Below, in pieces: positions 22,294 through 34,955 of a DNA stretch of 64,000 bases (its first letter is position 1; the number at the start of each line of letters is the position of its first letter). The notes beneath the pieces are model-generated. The model ran no database searches. It was not told the DNA's origin and worked only from the letters and a program-made list of their open reading frames with translations. Made by a program: the position numbers and the translations under genes. The stretch spans positions 1 through 64,000 of the forward strand of contig JAUCBJ010000064.1 of the NCBI GenBank assembly GCA_032718475.1, read 5' to 3'. Origin of the DNA: Nemertoderma westbladi. Its lineage: Eukaryota > Animalia > Xenacoelomorpha.

Positions 22294-25026
22294 TTGGACA
22301 AAATAGACCAAATCTCTAACCGCATCATCCGTTGCCACTTCTCATGTTCTGGAAGACTGGCTAAGAAGTTTCCTAAGGTGGTTCTGATTGTGTGTTACTC
22401 TCCAACTAGTGTTGCACCTGTAGAGGAGGTGGAAAATTTCTACCACAATCTACAAGCAGCTACTGATGGAGTGGATCAGCATGCATTCTTAACATTCCTG
22501 GGAGACTTTAATGCAAGTCTGCATCAATCAGCTACATCGCCCTGGGTCTATAGCAATAGTGTCAACCGAAATTCCGTCCATCTTCAGGATTTTATCTCTG
22601 GAAATGGATTGTTTCCGGCTGGAACCCAGTTCAAGAAGCAAACTGGAAAGCTATGGACTCATAGTGGAACCAGTGGTCACAAGTTCCAGATAGACCATAT
22701 TCTGTTTCGTAGGAATTACAGGAGCTCTATACAAGACTATAATGCATTTACACTTCGACCCTTCTCCTGTGGTCACCGCCTTATTATGGCCAAGGTAAGA
22801 CTTAGTCTGCTTGCTAGCAGAACAACGAAATCTGCCTTGCCGCGGCATGACTGGTCCTCTCTGTTGCAACAGCCAAGTGTGAGATCCAGCTTCACACTAC
22901 AGCTGAGCAAAAGGTATGAGGTTCTTGCCTCTGAGGCGGCAGATCACTGCGAGGGCTATACTGCCTTCACAGAAGCAGTTAAGTTAGCAGCTGCAGAAAC
23001 AGTTCCTGTATACCCTCGAAACAGGAAAAGGGCCCCCTGGACTGACAACAAAATCCAGAAGGGCCGAAATGACCTATATAAGGCGCAGAAAGTGTCCGAA
23101 CTCAAACAGACTACAGCGGCCAAGAATGAAGTTAAGGCTGCATCTAGGTCCCTGAACAGGCAGTACTCTGTTAATCTACAGGAGCTAATAAACCAACAGG
23201 TTGATGCCATCAATGATGCCGACGACAGCAGGCAATCATCCCAGGCATGGAAATCGATCAACTTGCTTACTGGGCGGAAAAGCCAACCAACCACCAAGGT
23301 TAAGGCTGAATCACCAGCCGATCGCCTCAATGGTTGGAAGGCCCACTTTGAAAAGCTCCTCAATAATGACAATCCTGATAACTTTATAGAAGTAAAAGTG
23401 TCTGAGTCTGTACTCCCAGATATTCCCATTGGCGATATCTCCTTTGCAGAAGTGAAGGCTGCTGCAAAAAGCATTAAGACCAATCGTGCCAGTGGAGTAG
23501 ATGGTGTTCCCCCTGAGGTCTTTAAAATACCTGAGTGTTTAAAGCTCAGCTATCCCATCATAGTAGACATGTACCGAACAACAAGAGTCCCACAAGAAAT
23601 GAAAACAAATAAGTTGGTGCCAGTTCCCAAGAAGGGCAAGCTAACACTCTATGGTTCTTTTCGGGGAATCTCATTGATCTCGATTGCTGCAAAGCTATAC
23701 AATAGAATTCTATTAAATCGCATCAGGGATCCCATTGAGAGACTGGTCCGTGGAAATCAGAATGGGTTCCATAAAGGTCGTGGGACCATGGAACCCATTT
23801 TGGCACTTAGAAGGATAATTGAAGAGTAATCAAAAAAGAAAGACAGGCATCTGGCTGTTATCTTTGTTGACTTCTTCAAGGCCTTTGATTCAGTCTCCCA
23901 CTCACGTATGTTCAGCATACTTTTATTATATGGGATTCTTGATGAAATTATTGCAGCAATCAGATCAGTATACGATGGTTCGACAACATTTGTGTCTACT
24001 GTTGATGGTGACACTGAACCATTTGATGTGTTATGGAGCGTCCTCCATGGAGACACACTTGCACCATTCTTGTTCATAATTGTGGTTGACTATGTTCTAC
24101 GCATGTCCTAGATCATCATAATGATGATGGGGTGATGATAACTCCACCTACTGGCTCCAGATGTTGAGGAAATCCTGCCAAGTACCTAACTGATCTAGAC
24201 TTTGCTGATAACTTAGGAGTACTCTCAGAATCACTAGAGGGAGCCCAACGGCTCCTCAGCTCATTAGAACATGCTGCTTCTAGTGTTGGTCTTTTTATTA
24301 ACTCCAGAAAGACCAACATTTTGACAGTTAACTTTGAAAGTTCTCAGCAAGTCTCTGATCGGATGAGCATAAGCTCAAAGGATGGTATGCTTGAGCATGT
24401 GGACGACTTCTGTTACCTGGGATCATGGATCCGGAAGTCAGGTGAGGACCTTCGAATACGTAAGGGAAAGGCATGGGCAGCCTTGAATAGGCTTTCCAGG
24501 ATTAGGAAGTCACCGAGAATTAATCGGAAACTTAAGGTCCGATTATTTAGAGCAGCAGTAGTTCTAGTACTCCTCTATGGGAGTCCATGCTGGGCTCTAA
24601 CTGCTGAGGACACCAAATCTCTGGATGGCACATTCACAAGAATGTTACGCCGGGTTCATTGTGTCAAGTACAATGCACACATCTCCAACCAGACACTATA
24701 TAACATTGGAGGTGTCTCATTGGTTCCCCCAAGCTTGACACTAGAACAAAATCGTCTCCGCTTTGCAGGACATTGCTTTCGCCGTGAGGACCAGCCAGTG
24801 CATAATCTTGTACTTTGGCAGCCTCATGGAGGGAATAAGCATGGTGGACAGCCCATGACTTTCTTGAGACGCATCTTAAAGGACACTGGTCTTGAAGATG
24901 CGGATGATCTAGCAAATGTCATGGGTAATAGGGAGTTGTGGCGGCGCAATTTTGTCGACAAGCCGGCACAGCATTCTTAAAAATGCAGCTGCAATGCAGC
25001 ATGCCGATCCTAGTAGTAGTAGTAGT
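22294..25026 (+). mobile_element. RTE-clade LINE, 5'-truncated and pseudogenised (APE + RT)
   Basis: APE motifs VCYSPT, LGDFNA, QIDHIL; RT motifs FRGISL, QNGF, FVDFFKAFDS, HGDTLAPFLF, LDFADN, FCYLGS; several stops and frameshifts; (TAG)5 tail at 25011-25025 followed by A-run. Confidence 0.9.
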
Positions 25027-25244
25027 AAAAAAAAAGAAAAACATTTATAGTGCGAGACGACCACCACAGAAGACTGCTAGTGCCGTCTTGCTGTGGTGGC
25101 CAGAACCAACAGGGGGGTGGGGGGGGGGGGGGGGGGTGCCTGGTCCTTTTGAAATTTCGAATGTAGGCCTATATTACCGAACACATACACGTATGTATTG
25201 TGTAACGTTGTGTAATTATCCTATTCATTTACTATTTTACGTAC

Positions 25245-25741
25245 CTGAGCTGTTACAGAACGCTTTGTTACACATTGGGTTTGTGCATGGGCAGGGCCTT
25301 TCTCCAGTGTGGTTCCGTAAATGAATCTTAAGATTTTCCCATCTAGAAAACATCCGATTACAAGATTCAACCTGAAATTAGTTTGAGTAATTGATTTATT
25401 AATAATTATTAATTTTAAAATTAATAATAATCACTTATTTAATAATAATTAATATTAAAAAAAATAACCTTTATTGCTCATGCAGCAGTTAATTGTTGAC
25501 AGACTTTGAATCTGTTTTATTCAATTATCTATTGGGATATATTTGAATGACTCACGGGGCATATGTTGGGTCTCTCCCCACTGTGGACTCTCATGTGAAC
25601 AATCAGTTTATATCGCGCGTTAAGTGACTTCTGTTGCCGTTGGCAACCAGCCCATCTGCAGATGTAATTTCCATTTTTCTTCTGTGTTTCCACAGGGGTG
25701 CTTTCAATGTGTGTCACAAATATTGACAAGTGGTGAAATAG
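25245..25741 (-). pseudogene. GLIS: GLIS1/3 (lame duck)-type C2H2 zinc-finger exon pair, copy 1 (25556-25741, 25245-25371)
   Basis: Spliced across AG/GT sites: LFHHLSIFVTHIESTPVE..CRWAGCQR..NARYKLIVHMRVHSGERPNICP | VESCNRMFSRWENLKIHLRNHTGERPCPCTNPMCNKAFCNSS. NARYKL..HMRVHSGE.PN is the GLIS1/3 signature. Flanking exons not found. Confidence 0.8.
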
Positions 25742-26084
25742 CTGTAAAATATATAAGGATGAAATGGTAGTATGAAGCGAAACAATGTGAAGATATTAAC
25801 TTCATATCAAACATACCATACAAAAATATTCATGTACATATTGAAATAAATGTTTGAAATAGAGAATATGAAGATATATATTTGACTGTATTACTTCATA
25901 TAACCATTCTCAGCTGGTTTTTTTTTTAGACTGCTTAGTGCTTTTTTTAAATGACAAACTAGACAAAGATATAAAAAGACACATAAAAGTTATATAAAAA
26001 AGAAAAACCTCACCCACCACCAGGCTACTGTACAATGGTGTTTAGCTAAGCTTAGCTAGCTGTTAATTGTAGTGCGCGCGGGAA

Positions 26085-27464
26085 TTATTAAAATTAAAAT
26101 TAACGGTAAATGTTATAGCTCTGAAAATAAGTGGTTTTTAAGTTTGACGTAAAAGACGATTTTGATTTTTTTATTGCGTAGCTCTAGTGGCACAGAATTC
26201 CAGATCGAGGGTCCTCGAAAACTCACTGATCTCTGTGAGGAAGTTAGGTGACATATTGGTATTGAGAAGTTGCCATGGGAAGCGCTGTGGGTATGTTAGT
26301 TGTGGACTGAAGAACGTTTTTGGAATAGTTTACCGAGGGTGGAATTTGGGCTTATGGTTTTCGAATAAATATCGTACATGAAGGTGCAAACTGATAGTTC
26401 ATAGAGTTTGTTAAGTGGTAAAATATTTAATTGTTTGTAAATGGGAATTGATGACGATCTGTAGTGTGAAAATGTAATACAGCTTAAAAGTTTATTGATT
26501 TTTGTACGTAGTAGTTTCAGTGTGGTGGAATGTGTGCTACCCCATACCAGGATCCCATAATTAACGTAGGGATGGATCAGTGAAAAGTAGAGGGTTCTGA
26601 GTATATGTAGAGGAAATATGCGCCTAAGTTTATAGAAAAAATACCGCTGGATTTATATATATATATTTTTTTTAATTTATATGTGTTTTCCACTTTAGTT
26701 TTGAATCTATCTAAATGCCAAGTAATTTTGTGTTGTCTGTCTGTTCGATATCGGTGTTGTTAATTTTAAGTTGTAATCTGTTGTTATCGGTGGCAGTAGG
26801 AATAGGAAGGTTAGTAAATATGGTGTACTCAGTTTTCTTCAGGTTTAGTAATAGTTTATTGTCAAGTAACCAGTCGTAGATTTTTGTTAATTCACTGTTT
26901 GTACTAGATATTAATGAGAGGATATCACGATGTGAGTTGAGTAGAGTTGTGTCGTCAGCGAAAAGTGTACTAAGTAAGTTTGTTGCTTTGGGTAAGTCAT
27001 TAATAAAAATGAGAAATAGTATGGGAGAGAGGACCGATCCCTGGGGGACACCACAAATGATAGGTAATAAAGTTGAATTAATGCCGTCGATGGAGACAAA
27101 TTGTTTGCGATTAGAGAGGAAACTCGAAATAAGTTGAAGGGGTAGGCCTCTGATACCATAGGTCTCAAGCTTATTAATAAGGATTTTGCGGTCTATGGTA
27201 TCAAAGGCCTTTTTAAGGTCAATGTATAAGGTGCATAATGAATGATGGCAATCAAACATAGAGTTAATTTTTTCCGTTATAGATAGTAGTGCGTGAGAGG
27301 TGGTTGTTATTGGTCTAAAGCCGTATTGGGATTCTGTAATTTCATGGAGTATTTGTTTAAGTAGGATTGTAATTGTTCATTAATTAATTGTTCTAGACTT
27401 TTGCTTAGTACTGGTAGTAATGATATAGGACGGTAATTATTCGGGTCTGTAGGATCGTCTGATT
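26085..27464 (-). mobile_element. CR1-group LINE RT fragment with 3' end
   Basis: YIDLKKAFDTI, GVPQGSVLSPILF, LFADDT. Further near-identical pieces at ~28357-28884, 29777-30085, 32699-33226, 34119-34427 and 40205-40515. Confidence 0.85.
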
Positions 27465-30357
27465 TAACCTGCATTTCAGACATTTCTGGTGTGTATAATC
27501 TGCAAAAAATTATAACTACAATACAAAGAAGTTAAAGCTGTCAATTAAGTGAAAATAGCAATTGTTTGTTTACGTCTTAATTTACTAAGGTGAATTTAAT
27601 TTAATTTATAAATAAATGAAAAATATTAAAATATAAAAAAGAAATATGTACAGTGTTCACAGAATAGTCTTTAAATAGAACCGTCACCGAATATTCTAAA
27701 AACGCGAAAATCGGAGTGGAGAGGAAGCGAGCAGAGTGGAGTAGGGGGGGCGGGCCGTACCTGAAATCGCGAAGGGCCTGAGCGCGTGGGCGCGAGGATT
27801 GATTCAAGGTAAGAACCCGGGCCTTAAATGTGCAGGAAATTACCACGAACAATACCTTGGGTACTAGTGAACGGAAAGTGAAGTACCGGCGCAGCGGTAA
27901 GTCTCGTTTGCCTGACGTGATATTCGGGCTCGGTTCAACTGTCTTCTTAAATCTTCAGCTCAGCAGCTCTCTTCATTTTTTTTTTCGTTATTCTATAACA
28001 TTCTATTCCCATATTACTAATATGACCAAACCACAGTTAATACTAATAAATTCACCCATTTCTTATTACAAATATTAAGATTTTATGTGAATAATACGTA
28101 CGTATCGAGAGAAAAATAAGTACTTTTTCCCTAGGGAAAAAAATAACACAAACTTTTGTTGCGAAATGTTTTTGAGTGTGTCTAGTAACTTAATTACTGA
28201 CGGACCACCTTACACGGAGCAACTTTTTTTGAAAAACAAGTAGCAGAAAAAACGTTTCTCCATGTGAGGGTGCATGGGGGTCCTAATAGATATTAAATGT
28301 AAACAACAAAAAAATTAAATGAAATGAAATGAAATTAAATAAAAATTAAATGTTCAGTTGAGTAGAGTTGTGTCGTCAGCGAAAAGTGTACTAAGTAAGT
28401 TTGTTGCTTTGGGTAAGTCATTAATAAAATGAGAAATAGTATGGGAGAGAGGACCGATCCCTGGGGGACACCACTAATGATAGGTAATAAAGTTGAATTA
28501 ATGCCGTCAATGGAGACAAATTGTTTGCGATTAGAGAGGAAACTAGAAATAAGTTGAAGGGGTAGGCCTCTGATACCATAGGTATCAAGCTTATTAATAA
28601 GGATTTTGCGGTCTATGGTATCAAAGGCCTTTTTAAGGTCAATGTATAAGGTGCATAATGAATGATGGCAATCAAACATAGAGTTAATTTTTTCCGTTAT
28701 AGATAGTAGTGCGTGAGAGGTGGTTGTTATTGGTCTAAAGCCGTATTGGGATTCTGTAATTTCATGGAGTATTTGTTTAAGTAGGATTGTAATTGTTCAT
28801 TAATTAAATGTTCTAGAATTTTGCTTAGTACTGGTAGTAATGATATAGGACGGTAATTATTCGGGTCTGTAGGATCGTCTGATTTAACCTGCATTTCAGA
28901 CATTTCTGGTGTGTATAATCTGCAAAAAATTATAACTACAATACAAAGAAGTTAAAGCTGTCAATTAAGTGAAAATAGCAATTGTTTGTTTACGTCTTAA
29001 TTTACTAAGGTGAATTTAATTTAATTTATAAATAAATGAAAAATATTAAAATATAAAAAAGAAATATGTACAGTGTTCACAGAAGAGTCTTTAAATAGAA
29101 CCGTCACCGAATATTCTAAAAACGCGAAAATCGGAGTGGAGAGGAAGCGAGCAGAGTGGAGTAGGGGGGGCGGGCCGTACCTGAAATCGCGAAGGGCCTG
29201 AGCGCGTGGGCGCGAGGATTGATTCAAGGTAAGAACCCGGGCCTTAAATGTGCAGGAAATTACCACGAACAATACCTTGGGTACTAGTGAACGGAAAGTG
29301 AAGTACCGGCGCAGCGGTAAGTCTCGTTTGCCTGACGTGATATTCGGGCTCGGTTCAACTGTCTTCTTAAATCTTCAGCTCAGCAGCTCTCTTCATTTTT
29401 TTTTTCGTTATTCTATAACATTCTATTCCCATATTACTAATATGACCAAACCACAGTTAATACTAATAAATTCACCCATTTCTTATTACAAATATTAAGA
29501 TTTTATGTGAATAATACGTACGTATCGAGAGAAAAATAAGTACTTTTTCCCTAGGGAAAAAAATAACACAAACTTTTGTTGCGAAATGTTTTTGAGTGTG
29601 TCTAGTAACTTAATTACTGACGGACCACCTTACACGGAGCAACTTTTTTTGAAAAACAAGTAGCAGAAAAAACGTTTCTCCATGTGAGGGTGCATGGGGG
29701 TCCTAATAGATATTAAATGTAAACAACAACAAAATTAAATGAAATGAAATGAAATTAAATAAAAATTAAATGTTCAGTTGAGTAGAGTTGTGTCATCAGC
29801 GAAAAGTGTACTAAGTAAGTTTGTTGCTTTGGGTAAGTCATTAATAAAATGAGAAATAGTATGGGAGAGGACCGATCCCTGGGGGACACCACTAATGATA
29901 GGTAATAAAGTTGAATTAATGCCGTCAATGGAGACAAATTGTTTGCGATTAGAGAGGAAACTAGAAATAAGTTGAAGGGGTAGGCCTCTGATACCATAGG
30001 TATCAAGCTTATTAATAAGGATTTTGCGGTCTATGGTATCAAAGGCCTTTTTAAGGTCAATGTATAAGGCGCATGTTGAATGATGTTAATATATTAAGGC
30101 AAAATTTTTGAAAAAAATAATAGATTTCTTAACAGATTAAAATACATACAAACACAAACTGTCTTATGGCATTATGTAATTTGTTGTCGTAAATAGTTGT
30201 ATATGTAATCAATGTCACTGTACTGTACAGTGTACATACGGTAATGAATGAATTGGATTCCTTGGGATCTCTCTAGATCGGATATTAAACTTTAATTCAA
30301 AAATATATATATTGTAATTTGTAATTAGTATTTAGTTTTTATTGGCTATTTTACCAA

Positions 30358-30560
30358 GCAGTAGCTCATTCTAGGCGTGGGCATTCCTGTGCTACAAATC
30401 AAGAGGCCCCGGTTCGATCCCTTGATTGGGCAGCACTATTTGGGTAAAGTGCTTTTAATTATGGCAGCTTAGCACCACCACCCTGGTTTTCATCCTTAAC
30501 TGGTCGATAAATGGAAACCAATGCAACTTGGTAAACAGATAGTAGAAAATAACACAGTGA
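30358..30560 (+). mobile_element. tRNA-derived SINE (further copies at ~34700-34900 and ~40788-40990)
   Basis: Box A-like TAGCTCATTCTAGG, box B GGTTCGATCCC, then TTTTCATCCTT..GGTCGATAAATG resembling conserved central domains of metazoan SINEs. No full cloverleaf. Confidence 0.65.
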
Positions 30561-30613
30561 ACGGAGTTTAAATAAACTAAAAAATTATCCTATTCATTTA
30601 CTATTTTACGTAC

Positions 30614-30740
30614 CTGAGCTGTTACAGAACGCTTTGTTACACATTGGGTTTGTGCATGGGCAGGGCCTTTCTCCAGTGTGGTTCCGTAAATGAATCTTAA
30701 GATTTTCCCATCTAGAAAACATCCGATTACAAGATTCAAC
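30614..30740 (-). pseudogene. GLIS: Orphan duplicate of the second GLIS zinc-finger exon
   Basis: Identical to 25245-25371 with intact splice sites; its upstream partner exon is removed by the 31810 breakpoint. Confidence 0.8.
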
Positions 30741-30823
30741 CTGAAATTAGTTTGAGTAATTGATTTATTAATAATTATTAATTTTAAAATTAATAATAAT
30801 CACTTATTTAATAATAATTAATA

Positions 30824-31811
30824 CTAGTGACGGGCCTAGCGGCCCGATAAGGAACCGACTTTTTATTTCAAATAAAAGAGACAACGAGAATTATTATAGA
30901 ACTAATAATTATGTAAAAATACAATCATATTTCATACAATAATTATTAATAAATTCGATCTATTATTAGTTACTCAATTCTAGAACAAAATCGACCTGCA
31001 ACTAGTGAAGACCTCGTTTTGGAATTTCGAAACCACGCTGGTGCGATGCGCGATATCGTGTTTAGTTAATAAATTGAAAACTCCATCAATTCATGTGCAA
31101 CCAGTAATAAGAAATCGCGATAAATGTAATTAAATAAAAATTATTCTAGAAACATTTTCCTCAAAAAGTATGAAGTCTTGTCATTGGTGACGCGAAACTA
31201 GGCTAGTGAGATTCAGGATATTGCGTTTAATATAAAAATCGAAAACGCTATCGAATTCCGTAAAGGCGTTAATAAAATACTGCAACTTTTTTGAAATTTG
31301 TAAAATTCTAGAACTGGAAAAAATTATTTTTTGAACGGCGCTGTTTGGGGTTTGGAAACATGGATAGGCTGAAAGAGGACATCGAATTAAGTTGAAAAAT
31401 GAAAACCCCATCGAATTTGGACAAAGCGTTCCGGAGTTATAGCGGATCGAAAAAAATTGACCCCCCCCAGTCGCCAAAAATTTACAGTAATTTAAAATTT
31501 TGCAAAAAAAATTTTTTGCGTTATTTTTGATGGCGAATCGATTGGCAGTACAGGCTACGAAAATTTTTTTTTGAAATTTTTGGTCAGAAAAAAAACATGG
31601 AAAAAGTTTATTTTTAAAAAGATTTGATGTCTTTGCCTATGGTCAGAGAATGATCCAACTCTGTAACTTGGCAATCGCTCAAATCCATTCAGCTGAATGG
31701 CACAGTAGAGTAAACTAAAGTAAATTCCCTATACAATGTTCTGAAGGGGTGACTGACAGAGAGTAATCCAACAATAAAACATTTTGCAATAATGTTGGCA
31801 TTAATGTAGCC
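30824..31811 (-). mobile_element. Truncated duplicate of the Helitron-like element
   Basis: Same CTAG and hairpin terminus as 35166; sequence identity ends at the duplication junction. Confidence 0.75.
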
Positions 31812-34800
31812 TGCATTTCAGACATTTCTGGTGTGTATAATCTGCAAAAAATTATAACTACAATACAAAGAAGTTAAAGCTGTCAATTAAGTGAAAATAG
31901 CAATTGTTTGTTTACGTCTTAATTTACTAAGGTGAATTTAATTTAATTTATAAATAAATGAAAAATATTAAAATATAAAAAAGAAATATGTACAGTGTTC
32001 ACAGAATAGTCTTTAAATAGAACCGTCACCGAATATTCTAAAAACGCGAAAATCGGAGTGGAGAGGAAGCGAGCAGAGTGGAGTAGGGGGGGCGGGCCGT
32101 ACCTGAAATCGCGAAGGGCCTGAGCGCGTGGGCGCGAGGATTGATTCAAGGTAAGAACCCGGGCCTTAAATGTGCAGGAAATTACCACGAACAATACCTT
32201 GGGTACTAGTGAACGGAAAGTGAAGTACCGGCGCAGCGGTAAGTCTCGTTTGCCTGACGTGATATTCGGGCTCGGTTCAACTGTCTTCTTAAATCTTCAG
32301 CTCAGCAGCTCTCTTCATTTTTTTTTTCGTTATTCTATAACATTCTATTCCCATATTACTAATATGACCAAACCACAGTTAATACTAATAAATTCACCCA
32401 TTTCTTATTACAAATATTAAGATTTTATGTGAATAATACGTACGTATCGAGAGAAAAATAAGTACTTTTTCCCTAGGGAAAAAAATAACACAAACTTTTG
32501 TTGCGAAATGTTTTTGAGTGTGTCTAGTAACTTAATTACTGACGGACCACCTTACACGGAGCAACTTTTTTTGAAAAACAAGTAGCAGAAAAAACGTTTC
32601 TCCATGTGAGGGTGCATGGGGGTCCTAATAGATATTAAATGTAAACAACAAAAAAATTAAATGAAATGAAATGAAATTAAATAAAAATTAAATGTTCAGT
32701 TGAGTAGAGTTGTGTCGTCAGCGAAAAGTGTACTAAGTAAGTTTGTTGCTTTGGGTAAGTCATTAATAAAATGAGAAATAGTATGGGAGAGAGGACCGAT
32801 CCCTGGGGGACACCACTAATGATAGGTAATAAAGTTGAATTAATGCCGTCAATGGAGACAAATTGTTTGCGATTAGAGAGGAAACTAGAAATAAGTTGAA
32901 GGGGTAGGCCTCTGATACCATAGGTATCAAGCTTATTAATAAGGATTTTGCGGTCTATGGTATCAAAGGCCTTTTTAAGGTCAATGTATAAGGTGCATAA
33001 TGAATGATGGCAATCAAACATAGAGTTAATTTTTTCCGTTATAGATAGTAGTGCGTGAGAGGTGGTTGTTATTGGTCTAAAGCCGTATTGGGATTCTGTA
33101 ATTTCATGGAGTATTTGTTTAAGTAGGATTGTAATTGTTCATTAATTAAATGTTCTAGAATTTTGCTTAGTACTGGTAGTAATGATATAGGACGGTAATT
33201 ATTCGGGTCTGTAGGATCGTCTGATTTAACCTGCATTTCAGACATTTCTGGTGTGTATAATCTGCAAAAAATTATAACTACAATACAAAGAAGTTAAAGC
33301 TGTCAATTAAGTGAAAATAGCAATTGTTTGTTTACGTCTTAATTTACTAAGGTGAATTTAATTTAATTTATAAATAAATGAAAAATATTAAAATATAAAA
33401 AAGAAATATGTACAGTGTTCACAGAAGAGTCTTTAAATAGAACCGTCACCGAATATTCTAAAAACGCGAAAATCGGAGTGGAGAGGAAGCGAGCAGAGTG
33501 GAGTAGGGGGGGCGGGCCGTACCTGAAATCGCGAAGGGCCTGAGCGCGTGGGCGCGAGGATTGATTCAAGGTAAGAACCCGGGCCTTAAATGTGCAGGAA
33601 ATTACCACGAACAATACCTTGGGTACTAGTGAACGGAAAGTGAAGTACCGGCGCAGCGGTAAGTCTCGTTTGCCTGACGTGATATTCGGGCTCGGTTCAA
33701 CTGTCTTCTTAAATCTTCAGCTCAGCAGCTCTCTTCATTTTTTTTTTCGTTATTCTATAACATTCTATTCCCATATTACTAATATGACCAAACCACAGTT
33801 AATACTAATAAATTCACCCATTTCTTATTACAAATATTAAGATTTTATGTGAATAATACGTACGTATCGAGAGAAAAATAAGTACTTTTTCCCTAGGGAA
33901 AAAAATAACACAAACTTTTGTTGCGAAATGTTTTTGAGTGTGTCTAGTAACTTAATTACTGACGGACCACCTTACACGGAGCAACTTTTTTTGAAAAACA
34001 AGTAGCAGAAAAAACGTTTCTCCATGTGAGGGTGCATGGGGGTCCTAATAGATATTAAATGTAAACAACAAAAAAATTAAATGAAATGAAATGAAATTAA
34101 ATAAAAATTAAATGTTCAGTTGAGTAGAGTTGTGTCGTCAGCGAAAAGTGTACTAAGTAAGTTTGTTGCTTTGGGTAAGTCATTAATAAAATGAGAAATA
34201 GTATGGGAGAGGACCGATCCCTGGGGGACACCACTAATGATAGGTAATAAAGTTGAATTAATGCCGTCAATGGAGACAAATTGTTTGCGATTAGAGAGGA
34301 AACTAGAAATAAGTTGAAGGGGTAGGCCTCTGATACCATAGGTATCAAGCTTATTAATAAGGATTTTGCGGTCTATGGTATCAAAGGCCTTTTTAAGGTC
34401 AATGTATAAGGCGCATGTTGAATGATGTTAATATATTAAGGCAAAATTTTTGAAAAAAATAATAGATTTCTTAACAGATTAAAATACATACAAACACAAA
34501 CTGTCTTATGGCATTATGTAATTTGTTGTCGTAAATAGTTGTATATGTAATCAATGTCACTGTACTGTACAGTGTACATACGGTAATGAATGAATTGGAT
34601 TCCTTGGGATCTCTCTAGATCGGATATTAAACTTTAATTCAAAAATATATATATTGTAATTTGTAATTAGTATTTAGTTTTTATTGGCTATTTTACCAAG
34701 CAGTAGCTCGTTCTAGGCGTGGGCATTCCTGTGCTACAAATCAAGAGGCCCCGGTTCGATCCCTTGATTGGGCAGCACTATTTGGGTAAAGTGCTTTTAA

Positions 34801-34955
34801 TTATGGCAGCTTAGCACCACCACCCTGGTTTTCATCCTTAACTGGTCGATAAATGGAAACCAATGCAACTTGGTAAACAGATAGTAGAAAATAACACAGT
34901 GAACGGAGTTTAAATAAACTAAAAAATTATCCTATTCATTTACTATTTTACGTAC

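Noticed and set aside
27470-27500. 31-nt AG/GT-flanked segment as the next GLIS exon
   Set aside because: Joined to exon B it gives SSDYTHQKCLKC, not the expected SSDRAKHQRTH, and the donor (GTTAAA) is weak.
27601-28078. 83-aa and 82-aa ORFs recurring five times
   Set aside because: Recurrence reflects DNA duplication; no domain, non-ATG starts.
30358-30435. Possible tRNA gene (three copies)
   Set aside because: Box A/B are present but there is no convincing acceptor stem or cloverleaf, and it runs into a SINE-like body.
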